The notes below the pieces were generated by a model that was not told the origin of the DNA, ran no database searches, and saw only the letters and a list, made by a program, of their open reading frames with translations. From assembly GCA_051362555.1 (NCBI GenBank), contig CM120645.1, forward strand, positions 1,302,001 to 1,366,000: DNA of 64,000 bases, in the 5' to 3' direction. The first letter of the stretch is position 1; every line of letters starts with the position of its first letter. Position numbers and translations under genes: made by a program. The stretch is from Lingula anatina. Its lineage: Eukaryota; Animalia; Brachiopoda. Below are positions 51,865-64,000 of this stretch, one piece after another.

Positions 51865-54800
51865 GTGCAAGTTTTTTGTCTATATATGTGGCTTATAGAC
51901 AAAATCTACTTATCAAAAATAAAACAAAATATTCAAATGCAAATATGGATTGGTACCTGGTACATGTATCAGTGAAAGAAAACCGGCCAACTCTGGGAAA
52001 TTTTATTAAATTATATTATTTGTAAGAAGTGGTCCACTTTATTAAAGGAAATTGTGTGTTAGCTGGTTAAATATATAAATGTGCACCAATCAAGTAAGGT
52101 AGCATTAAATTATCACCTACTGTGTAATTAATGTAGAATAACAATTTTTGCAACATGTATGTATATATATATTTGCACAGTTTTAATAACTGACAGGTGT
52201 AACACTCTTGATACTTTCTGTTGGTGATACCATGATTCAGTTGTTAAAGAAGTAGTTCAAATGCAAAAATAAAATAATATAATATTGTTATTTTTTCATA
52301 TGTTAATGAAAGGAATACCCTCATCAGTTGGCCTCATGTAATAAAAATGGTTTATTTACAATGAAGAAAAAAACGTGAAAATTTATTTATATTAGTACCA
52401 TGGTAAGCAAAAAAAAAAATCCATTGTCCCCAATTCTTAGTTGCTTTATGTACGTAATACGGTCAAAACAGGGCTAATATACGGATATTATAAGTGCCAG
52501 TTTTCGGGTTTAGACGGCTGTGAAATGATTTGTGGTGCCATTCCTAGCTTAAGGCAAAATTCTTAACATGCTTAAATTGACAAAAACCTCAATAAATTTA
52601 ACACAACTTACTGGTAATTCAAAGTTGTGCGGAGGCCTAGATAGATACAAAGATCAGAGTTAAAGATGAACTTCAGTAAGAGCTTTGGTAAAATTTGAAT
52701 TTCAAAATCATTTTAACGCTAAATAGGCTCTACATCAACTAGAGGTGCATCTCACATTATTCAAAATTTGTTTCTCAAGATGACAATGTACAAAATGAAA
52801 CCCTGAGGACGTTAGCCGGGATATTACACCATTTCTGACACCCTATAAATCTCCAAAATTTTACCCAATTCAAAGTCTAAGACCTCCGGTTAGTCTAAAA
52901 GCCACCTAGGGACAGACCGGTTGCTCCCAGGCTGATAAATTGGACCCTGATGGGATAAGAAATGGCGGCAACCAGGCAATGAAACACTGTTAGCGAAATT
53001 AACAACTTTACCAGAACCCGTGATGTTTCAGAAGCTGGTACTAAGATTTAGAATGTTGTGAGTGTTCAAAAGTAACAATACAACTTGAACATCTACTTTC
53101 AGTTTCAACTTTCACTAGACTTTAGTACTCACTGTTATTTACAGGGTTACCACTTAATATGGAATATTATTTTTTGGCGAGTAAATTTTCTACAAAATAT
53201 ATAATTTCTCTCTAACTACTTTAAATCCAAAGCTGAGGTGTCACTCCATGTGTAGCCAGGTGTGTTACCTAATTACCACACAACTCTCGAAACAATTGAT
53301 GCATGCAGTTGCATGTTCTGTGGTCAGAAATGTGAGGGGTGGTCTTTTCGGCAATTTCTGCCCTTGTATAAAAACGCATGGGTTTGGTCAATCTTTGGAG
53401 TGTGTTTAGAGAAGCAATAAAGGGATCGCTCTGAAACTTGACAGGTACCTTAGTGAAGAAATGGTTCGACAGCTAAGCAACGCAGCTTACTATGGGATTC
53501 TTGCTCTCAGAGAAAATGGCCAGAAACGGACAGCCATTGCCAGGTAATTCAACATTTATCAGGAACCGTTTGTGAAGTCCTCCAAAGAAATGCTGCAACA
53601 GGGGCACCTACTCCAATACCTCGACCAGGGTGTCCGCGTATCACACCAAGAAGACAGGATCGCCTTCTCCTTAGAGGACGCCGTGCTGGTCGTACAAAGA
53701 CAACCAGTGTCCTCAGAAAAGAGAGTCAGAATGTCATTAAAACGCCCGTTTCAAGGTCCCACGTGAACAATAGATTTCTGCAAGCCGGTTATTTTGCACG
53801 AAGGCCAGTAGGGAAACCACTGTTAAAAGCAGGTCATATACAACGACGTCTGCAATGGGCTGGGGACCACGTGCGTTTGCAGCCAAAACACTGGAATCAC
53901 GTTGTTTTCAGTGATGAGGCCAAATATGGATTTTTTAGGGTTGATCGTCGAATCCGTGTCCACCGACGTGTACGAGGGGCATAAAACAATGATTGTGTAC
54001 TGCCTAGGGTGCAAGCAGGGGATGGTAACGTCTCTGTTTGAGGAGCATTTCATGTCGGTGCCCAGAACCAGTTGGTTTTTCTAGGAGGCAACCTCATCCA
54101 GGATTCCTACAGAGACATTCTACAGCAAACAATGCTTCGATTGGTAAGAGTCATCTTCAGGAACAACCTTGTGTACCAAGACGACTGCGCAACCCCACAT
54201 CGAGGCCGCAGAATCACTGTTTTTCTTCAAAACCAATGGGTTCAGCAACTGCCCTGGCCTGCAAACTCTCCAGATATGAACCCAATTGAAAATCTGTGGG
54301 CGGAAGTAACTCACAGAATTAATAGCTATGGTCCTCGGCCGGTAAATAGTGATGAACTGCGACAGGCAAATATCACTGCGTGGAATGATATCCCCACCCA
54401 AACTCTAAAAAACGTTTTACGGGATATGCCATGTAGGATGAGGGCGCTGCAAGCGGCTGCTGGAGGTCATACCCGCAATTACTGACTTTTCATGATTTAC
54501 TGTAGTGAGTTCTTTGACTGTGTAACATATCACTGTCCGGAGGCTATCATTTTCTTTAATATCTTATCTTAAAGTTTATACTGACATCAAGCTGTTGATA
54601 TGGTTTTCTGGGGGTGTTCCTTTCTTTTGAATGGCATCTTATGTCAGATTTGATATTATTGACCAAAATATATCACAACAGAAGACTGTATGTTATTATC
54701 ACTCAGTGACATACTTTTTTAATGACTCACGCCAAATAAAAATTTAATCAGCACTCAAAAATAACAATGATAAAAATATTCCATATTAAGTAGTAACCCT

Positions 54801-57480
54801 GTATGTCAGTGGCAGTACCTTCAGTTTCAGTTCTAAGACGTACAGGTACTTTCTGTGTGGAATCGGTCCTGTTACTAAGTTAAATAACAGTCAGTAACAG
54901 CACTCTAGTTAACTGAAGATATATTTTCTGGTTATCTCTGTCTAATTGCTGCTAGCGAGTCGGAGTTCTGCGTCAACGCTTATCGTCCCTAGACAAATAT
55001 TGTATTAGGTCGCGCTCAACAATTCAGGTTCAACTGGCAAACAATATATTCATGATAAGTTTTCAAAAATTACAGTTTTTAATAAACCCATGGGGATGAT
55101 GTGTTTTGTTAAGTTCTGATCATTCTTGTATTGTATTCAATAAATCAACAGCACTGAAAGGAACAGGCGCTACGATAATGGGTGGAACTATTTTTTTCAA
55201 GATCAAATTAAAAACTATATATCACGGGTGTGATTTTCCAATCCACCAAACACTGTAAACAAGTCTTTTTTAAATAAATTATTGTCTGCATGAGTCCCAT
55301 GTACATGTTTTAAAGACTTACTGATAAAACTGGCTTTAACTTAATATTTTTATTTATCGTTTTTAATTGATAAATTAAAAACAACCACTCCATGTTTTTT
55401 TCAGCAGGGGGGGGATGATGACGTCATGAGCATGCAGCAACTTGACCCGATTGAACGACAAACACAGGCCAACAGACAGGTGTGGAGAAATAACCTGGAA
55501 ACGTATATACAATGTACAATTAAATGGGAATTAGTGAGCGGGTCAAAAGTTACCAATTCACGATTCAGGAGCGGGCGTCAGGCGGTCCTTACCCCCCCCC
55601 CCCCCCCCTTAGGTTTCTGGAAATAAATCACACTGACACTCTCTTGCAATTAGAATTGTGACTAGCTGAATCTTAGTTCTCAAGCGTACCAAGTGGCACT
55701 GTTTGACTGCAAATCACCTAATTTTTCCAAGGCACTCGGACCTTCGCCAAGGGATGCGAGGGTCATCTTCCAATGCAAGGCCAGTCATTTCTAAAACAAT
55801 AAAGCCTGTCCCCTTCAAATAGTCAAGCATCAGCCCCTGCAGTATAGCAATTAAGTATGTGTAATGTATGCATATGTTTTTTGTTTGTTTGTTTTTGTTT
55901 TGTTTTTAAGCTGCGTAATTTTAAGTTTCTTTTCCACTGAGTTCAACTTCATACTTTTAGAAATGCTGTGAGCAATAATCACCATACAGCTTTTCTGCAT
56001 TTTGTTCTACTGATTGCATTCAGCGACAGTCCCCGACAAGTTGGATTGAACAACATAGACTGATAGTTTAACTGAGAATGGGCCCTTCAACTAAATTTTT
56101 ACCATACTTTTACAGATGCTGTACGTGCATGGAATTTGCCATGAAAAAACAAAGAAGGAAGAAAAAAAAATCAAGTCGCTTTGCCCACTTTAAATTATTT
56201 ATTAATTCCTTTATTTTCTTGCTGTACAAATCCTGTGGGGAGAACACCGGTCAAGAGGTATCCGTGACTTTAAATAAATACCAACCAAGTGGACACGTGG
56301 ACCAGTAACAAAAGTGATGAACAGAAGACTGTAGACTAGTTCTTGCTAAGTTGTCATCATTCTGAATACATGTTGATCAAATATGATGTATAAAAACCCC
56401 AGTCTATATGTGAATTTGGTAAATTAATAGTAAAATGTATGGTACGTCTTATCCATAGCCATCATGTATCGGTACATTAACTTGTCTAGTCTTATAAAAA
56501 TAAAATCATTTTAAGACATCCAAATTGTCATTTATCTGGGAATTAAAAAAGTAAATAAATAAAAGATAAAAAACAAACAGCTTAAAAAATTAGTTGTTTT
56601 TTTATTATTATTTCAAAGAAAGCCGGCCATTTCAAACTACATCATAACATCAAAAATAGAATAAAACATTGAATACCAGTGCAGGGCTTATAGTCAAACA
56701 ATGATTCGTGAGTAGGAGAAAATTTGGCTTTTATCGAAAACAATTCACTTTGGTGGGTAGATCCCGTAAAGAGAACCTTGAACTAATTTCAACAGGCCAG
56801 GTGTTTTTTTCCGAATATTCAACCTTTGATCCCTCTTTCTTTACAATTTTTAACTCTGTAACAATCTGGTTAAAATTTAGAAGTCTTTTGAGCTCGGGCA
56901 TTGCGCTGCACGCCATCCCAAACTGTGTCAAGATTGTTGACATGTGGCGAGTTTCTTCAGTAGGTGAAAATTTAATAATGTTTTGGTGATATTAATTATT
57001 GGCATTTATCTATAATTATATCGAAATCGAATACTTGTCTTCAGATTTGTTTAACAATAAGAAGTTTATGCATTTACGTGTATTTAAAATCTTTCACTTT
57101 GATCTGTCACTATTTTAGTGATGCATTAACCTCATTGCTTTTTTTGGAAGTCGAGTTTCATTTCACGTTAACAAGAATATCGCAAGCTTGATAAGGTGTT
57201 TTTTGTCAAGATTTAATCCGAACTTCGACAAAGTTATTGTAAACTGGATATCAAGCAAACAGAGAGTAAACATCACACACCTTTTATGAGTATAGTGAGA
57301 ACCTAGTAAAAATTGTGACAGTTATCGCTGACCAGGGGCGTATCCAGGATCATTTCAAGGGGGGGGGGGGTCAATGGTTATCAGTTTATAATGGTAGAAA
57401 TGCAGTTTGTGAAATCGCTTTAGGTTTCAACCACACATAGTAGTTAAAAGTGTAAGGTATATGCAACTAAACAATACATT

Positions 57481-57521
<41 letters not shown>

Positions 57522-60500
57522 GCATATATGCGGCTTTTAGACAAAATCTAATTATCAAAAATAAAACAAGTTTATTCAAATGCAAATATGGATTGGTACC
57601 TGGTATCAGTGAAAGAAACCTGCCAACTCTGGGAAAGTTTTTTTAAATTATACATGTATTATTTGTGAAAATAGAAGTGGTCCACTTTACAAAAGTGGTT
57701 AGTTGGTTAAATATATAAATGTGCACCAATCAGGTAAGGTAGCATTAAATTATCACCTACTGGGTAGAATAACAATTTTTGCAACATGCATGTATATATA
57801 TTTGCACAGTTTTAATAACTGACAAGTGTAACAGTCTTGACATTTTCCGTTGGTGATACCATGATTCAGATGTTAAACAAGTAGCTCAAATGCAAAAATA
57901 AAATAATATAATATAACAATGTGATTAAATATAAATTGTCTTTCATTTGTTATTTTTTCATATGTTAATGAAAGGAATACCCTCATCAGTTGGCCTCATC
58001 TAAAAAAATTGCTTATTTTCAATGAAGAAAGAAACGTAAAAAATGTATTTATATTAGCACCATGGTAAGCTAAATTTAATTTATTGTCCCCAATTCTTAG
58101 TTGCTTTTTTTACTTAAATCGGTTAAAACAGGGCTAATATACGGATATTATAAGTGCCAGTTTGCAGGTTTCGACGGCTGTGAATTGATTTGAGGTGCCA
58201 TTCTTAGCTTAAGGCAAATTTCTTAACATGCTTAAATTGACAGCAGCCTAAATAAATTTAACACGACTTACTGGTAATTCAAAGTTGTGCAGAAGCCTAT
58301 ATAGATACAAAGGTGAGAGTTAAAGACGAACGTCAGTAAGAGCCTTGGTAAAATTTCGATTTTAAACTCATTTTTAACACTAAATAGGCTTTACATCACA
58401 TTATTCAAAATTCATTTCTCAATAATGACAATGTACAAAATGCAACCCTGAGTACGTTAATAGCCGAGATATTACACTATTTCTGACAACCTATAAATCT
58501 CCAAAATTTTTCCACAATTCGAAAGTCTAAGACCTCCGGTTTGTCTAAAAGCCACCTAGCGACAGACCGGTTGCTCCCAGGCTGATAAATTGGACCCAGA
58601 TTTTTCTATGTCAGCACTACGTGGCCCCGAAAGGATAAGAAATGGCGGTAATCATGCAGGCAATAGAACTCTGTTAATATCACGAGACCAATTTCCACTT
58701 TCCCAGAACCCGTAATGTGGTACCTACTTGTTTCAGAAGCTTGTACTAAGATCTGGAAGTGTTGTGATTGCTCAAAAGTAACAATACAACATGAACATGT
58801 ACTTTCAGTTTCAACTTTCACAAGTCCTTAGTACTCACTGTGCTGAAAAACAACATTCAGACACGTACATGTACTTTCAGTTTGACCTATATTACTATAC
58901 TGTAGTACTCACTGTTATTTATGTCAGTGGCAGTTCTAAAACGTACAGGTACTTTCTGTGTGGACTCGGTGCTGTTTCTAAGTTAAATAACAGTCAGTAA
59001 CAGCTCTCTAGTTAACGGTAGATGTCTTTTTCTGGTTATCTCTGTCTAATTGCTGCTGGCGCGTCGGAGTTCTGTAGTCAACATCAAAGCTTATCGTCTC
59101 TAGACAAATATTGTATCAGGCCGCGCTCACGTACTTCATTTCAGGTAGAACTAGCATACATGATATTCAACATAAGTTTTCACAAATTACAGTTCTTAAT
59201 AAACCCATTGGGATATTGTGCTTTGTTAAGTTCTTATCGTTCTGAATTGTATTGTATTCAATATATCAACAACACTGAAAGGAACAGGAGTTACAATAAC
59301 TGGTGGAACTATTTTTTCACGATCAAATTAAAAACTATATATCACGGGTGTGATTTTCTAATCCGCCAGACACTGTAAACAAGTTTTTTAAAAAATAAAT
59401 TATTGTCTCATGGGTTCCATGTACATGTTTTAAAGACTTACTGATAAAATTGGTCTTTCTTAAATATTTAATTTTTTGTTTTTAATTGTTAAATTAAAAA
59501 CAACCACTTCAAGTTTTTTTCAGCAAAGGAGGGGGTAATGAATGACGTCATGAGCAGCAACTTGACCCGACTGAACGACAAACACAGCCCAGCAGACAAG
59601 TGTGGAGAAATAACCTGGAAATCTGTTTACAATGTGCATTTACATGGGAATTGATGAGTCAACAATTCAGGATTTAGGAGGGGGGCGTCTGGGGGGCCTG
59701 CCCCCCCCCCCCCACCCACCCACCCACCCACCCTTAGGTTTCTGAAAATAAATCATACAGATAGTCCCCTCTTGAAATTAGCTGATTAGCTGAATCATAG
59801 CTCTCAAGCATTCCAAATGACACTGTTTGCCTGCAAATCACCTATATTTTCCAAGGACCTCAAGCGGGTCCTCGTACTCTTGGCAAGGGATGCGAGGTTC
59901 AGCTTTCCATGCAAGGCCTGTCATTACTAAAAAAAAAAGCCCACCCCCCTCAAATAATCCTGAATCAGCCCCTGCGGTATAGCAATTAAGCAAGTGTAAT
60001 GTGTTTAAGTAAATGATTTTGTTTCTTTTTGTTTGGCTTTTCAGTTATGCAATTCCATGTTTCTTTTTCACTGGCTTAAACTTCATACTTTAAGAAATGC
60101 TATATGTGCAATTATCACCAAGCGGCTTTTTTGTATTCTACTCAATGCCAAGAGACGTGTTTTAACACAGATTAAAATCTGTTCAACTGATTGCATTCAG
60201 CAACAGTCCCCAACAAGTTGGATTGAACAACATAGACTGATTGTTTCACTGGGAATGGAACCTTCAACTTAATTTTTACTTTAGAAAACCTGTATGTGCA
60301 TGGAATTTGCCATGAAAAAAAAAAATTAAATTACAAAAGTCAGTTTGTTTACTGAACAGAAGACTGTAGACATGTTCTTGCTAAGTTGTCACCATGCTGA
60401 ATACATGTTGATCAAATACGATGTGTAAAAATCCCAGTCTAGTTGTGACTTTGAGTATATAATGATAAAATATATAGTACGTCTTATCCATAGACATCAT

Positions 60501-60570
60501 GTACATTAACTTGCCTAGTTTTATAAGAATAAAGCATTTAAGACATCTAAACTGTCTTTTGTCAACAAAT
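50172..60570. repeat. Two further tandem copies (50172-56620, 56621-~60570) of the ~3.9-kb unit
   Basis: Same landmarks as 23266-32290. The enclosing block 48454-61455 is colinear with 22135-33180. Confidence 0.9.
53142..54801 (+). mobile_element. Full-length Tc1 (DD34E) transposon with disrupted transposase (53461-54485)
   Basis: TIRs CAGGGTTAC.ACTTAATATGGAATATT, TA TSD, empty site actgttatt-ta-tgtcagt in three paralogous units. Motifs VVFSDEAK, YQDDCATPH, WPANSPDMNPIENLW with D-34-E spacing; several stops and frameshifts. Confidence 0.95.
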
Positions 60571-62225
60571 TAAAAAAAATAATAATAATAATTTCAGAGA
60601 CAGACAAGTTCACATCTTAGCACAGCATAATCCAAACCTTCACACAGCAGATGGAGTGGACTTTTTTTACACACTTTCCTAAAATCTAACCAATACTACT
60701 TCACTTGTTCCATTTTCTAGAACAAACAAAGCCAGCTCAATATAACTTGTATATATAGTTGTGACCAATTCTTGCAGTTCAAACCCCTCATGGCAAGACT
60801 TGATATCGGCATTTGAGCAACTATCAAAGGGTTTTTAGCACCTGAATGGAGCTGCAAGAAAGGGGAACCTGGGTGCTGCATGCCTTGACTTTATGACCAG
60901 TAACCAGATCTATCTCACCTTAGGACAGACAACATTGATAGATGTTGGTTTATGACCACCGCCAAACAAAATCTAGAGGAAAATCAGCCCTAAAATTAAG
61001 CTGATATGCTCTTTAAATAATGCACATTTTAAAACCAAAAATGTTATCTACCAAATGTTTACAAAATGTTTCTGCTCCTGAGTGAACTTATCAAATGTTA
61101 TTATTTAAGACTTTCATTCAACTGGCCAAAATGTATACAAGACATGCTGACATAAATCTAACAATCTTTACATTTGAAGATCAATTTTTAATACATGGTA
61201 GATGGCATCAGACTTCCTCATAAATTTATGAATCCTAAACTTGATATAATTTCCTTCTACTTCTATATTTCCCAGTACATACATCTAGTCCACTCCATCG
61301 GTGCTATGTATTGTATAACAAAGAATTCATCCACTACAAACAGAGATATTTGTTTCATACTACAACTTGGGAACAGCATGATACCACTACCTCTGGTACA
61401 GGGACAGTTTGACTGTGCTGTTTACCATGTATCCATGACAACCAGTGTTTTCATAGTATCCATGGCAACATACCCTAATAAATAAAGCCTGGTAATAATA
61501 CTGATCTATGAGAATGTGCAGATTTTAGCAAATATGTCAATTAAACACCAAAAGTTGTATGAAGAGACCACCCAAATAAAAAAAAATCATAATACATGAT
61601 TTGTTTCTTATATTCAATTTTTTTCATTTGTAGCTCTGATCTTGGTTTGTGAACTGTTTCTCAACTAGGATACAAATATTGGGAATAAGAGATGGCTCAA
61701 AAACTCAATCAAATGTCAATGCAGTTTATATACCAGGTAATTATCAAATATGACTAGGTCTGTTTTCGAAAAAATAAATCACTTCCCACTTTACTTCCCC
61801 ACTTTGCAGGATGTGGTATATTAAGAGATAAGAAGCAAAACAATTCACGCCATGAGATGAAATTTCTTTGAGGATTAATGTTTCCCTTACCACTAATTTT
61901 TCAGTTTAAGAAATCCAAGATATAAATTTGCTTCCTATGAAACAAGAAAAACTGCATCAACTTCAGGAAGTTATGAATTCTTGAATCTTTGAGCAATACT
62001 TTGGTTTGACTGGTTTAATATGAGCAATCATGTGCCATACAAACACACGCACACACAAACATGCACGCACACATTAGATGGTAGACAAATCTATTACATG
62101 TCATAGATTGTAGTGATTAATAGGGAAATTAAGAAATGTCTAGATCTTGTAACCTTGGTCATTACATAAACAACAAGTATTCAACAAGTTGGAACAGATA
62201 ATAAAGTATTATGCTATACAATTGG

Positions 62226-63009
62226 CTATACAATGCTTTCTTTGAGGAATATTTTCAACATCTCTGTCAGACAAGGTTCTGTGATGTTTTCTGCCAGAAT
62301 GTCCTGGTTCTGCTGCAGAACTGAAATAATAAATAAGTTATATTTTTTTAAAAAATCTGTTTCTTCTAAATGCTTCACATTTGTAAATAAATTAAGTAGT
62401 TCTTGGTTTTTTCTTTTTTTTAACAAATGCCTTCGTGCTTCTTCATCTCTTTGTTCTCAATCAACTGTTCTTCTTTAAATGCTAAACATTTTTCAAGAAC
62501 TTAAAATGGACTCATTTAAATTTGACAGCATAGAAAACAAAATGTCAACAATAAAATACAAACCACACATTTTGCAGACAAATATTTACCTGTTGTCCAT
62601 GATGGGGGAAAAATTAACTCTCCGTCAATTTCTTCACCAGATTTTTCTCGTGGCACTTTTGCTGGTCTCCTGGTGTGGTTGAAGGCTGGTCTATCACCTC
62701 CCCAAAAAAGAGAGCCCCTCACTTACACAGTAGGGGCACACCAGGTACTTGTCTATGGGTAATTTAGTAAAGGCATTGTTACGTATGGAGCCAGAATATT
62801 CTAAGCCCCTTCATCCTGCTGATATCCACTGGTATGTCAGATAGCTGGTTGTTATCCAGGTACAACTCCTCTAGGTTAGTCAAGCCACACAGTGCTATGG
62901 GGAATGTAGTGAAGGCATTGTCAGATAGTTCCAACACTGTGAGGTGTGGGAGGTTGGATATGGACTGTGGTAAAGAAGATAACCCGTCCCATGCTGCAGA
63001 TACATGTAC
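62226..63009 (-). pseudogene. ROCO copy 3: ~3 LRRs fused directly to COR C-terminus, then truncated CARD exon
   Basis: LSSLPQSISNLPHLTVLELSDNAFTTFPIALCGLTNLEELYLDNNQLSDIPVDISRMKGLRIFWLH* joined at ~62754 to DKYLVCPYCVSEG...ELIFPPSWTT G|gtaaat (62590). Acceptor at 62321 then VLQQNQDILAENITEPCLTEMLKIFLKESIV*. Confidence 0.85.
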
Positions 63010-63263
63010 CTAAAAAGTAAAACAAGTTTGACAGTCTATTTTCCTCTGATGACAGGTACTTTATCTTACAATAACCAAGTCATAACTCAATTGTTGTTTT
63101 TGTCTTTGTCTGAAAAAAAAAGGGTAGAAAAAGAGTGCCATGCACTTCATTTGTTTGAATTAATCAGTTATACACAACAATATTGTATATGGTAATTTTT
63201 TGCCAACAAGTCCACCAATAATTTTTTTCCATGTGGTTTCACTTGACAAGTATTACTGCATCT

Positions 63264-63920
63264 TTAGATGGTGACAAACTGGAATATTTAATAATAATAA
63301 TAATATTACATATATAAAACTGTTTATGTGACAGTAGTACAATGACAAAAGGCATGTGAACATTTACATGCATGTACTCTGGTAAATCTCGTATTTCAAG
63401 CATTTGAACTCAATGTAAATTTTGTTCAGTAGGCAGTAACTCTATTACCTTATGTAGATTTAATGTGCATTTGGACAAAACATGGGCTATGTGAATAAAA
63501 AATAGGAATACTGTAGACTGATGAAAAGTTGTAAGAATGGGGTATATAAAGGAAACTGTCTTAAAAAATTCTCAAATTAATGTTATAAATTAAAATAATT
63601 AATTTCACTTGCATCGCAAAAGTCTGTGATGAGAATTTTGGGTGGTTATTGTACTCAGAGCAAATTAATGAACTAAAATGGACACAATCTTAAAACTTTT
63701 TTTTACATAAAATGAAACTTAAGCAATATTTCTAATTAAAATGTATTTAAGAACTAAGTTTACATGAAATGAAATTTAGGCAATATATCAGTTCATACAT
63801 GACATAACTTCAGTCTGTTAGTTCTGGATATCTATTAAGATAGGTGAAGCTAGACACCAGCTATTACCAACATTTCTGCTGCTGGAGGTCCTGAGTACCT
63901 GAAATATGAAACAATATAAA
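63264..63920. repeat. Third copy of the upstream flank shared by the ROCO genes
   Basis: Colinear with 19445-19985 and 41807-42380 (GATGGTGACA.ACTGGAA...TTCAGTCTGTTAGTTCTGGATATCTATTAAGATAG). Confidence 0.85.
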
Positions 63921-64000
63921 ATATAAATATAAAACAAACATGGCTATATCAAACTTAAGCTAGACAGTTTTTTTACATTTAGCAGAAACTGGGCCATATT

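Noticed and set aside
43572-51975. ORFs with YIYI, HTHT, poly-F or poly-K runs
   Set aside because: Translations of microsatellites and homopolymers.

Overview
AT-rich, intron-containing, repeat-laden animal DNA, probably a marine invertebrate (taxon not determinable from sequence alone). The window is a tandem segmental array with a period of about 22-28 kb. It carries three minus-strand copies of a ROCO gene: two apparently intact (15363..11519 and 39624..35847) and one internally deleted pseudogene (63009..62226). Each intact gene has one ~3.1-kb exon encoding ~14 LRRs (alternating 23-aa A/B units), a Roc GTPase and a COR domain. This exon is spliced in frame (phase 1) to a 290-nt exon encoding a CARD-type death fold, giving LRR-Roc-COR-CARD, a sensor-NTPase-effector layout resembling innate immune receptors. 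The two CARDs share their N-terminal half but have different C-terminal halves. Downstream lie further phase-1 exons (Ser/Pro/His-rich, plus a decayed transmembrane exon) that have decayed in complementary fashion in the two copies. Upstream and head-to-head with each intact gene is a gag-like relic followed by a 69/76-bp satellite. The spacers contain a ~3.9-kb unit present four times and many mobile elements: nested Harbinger-like/Academ-like/MITE, a Polinton-type pPolB relic, a Tc1, an RTE-X-like LINE end and a solo LTR. All alignments were done by eye; family assignments are motif-based, not database-confirmed.
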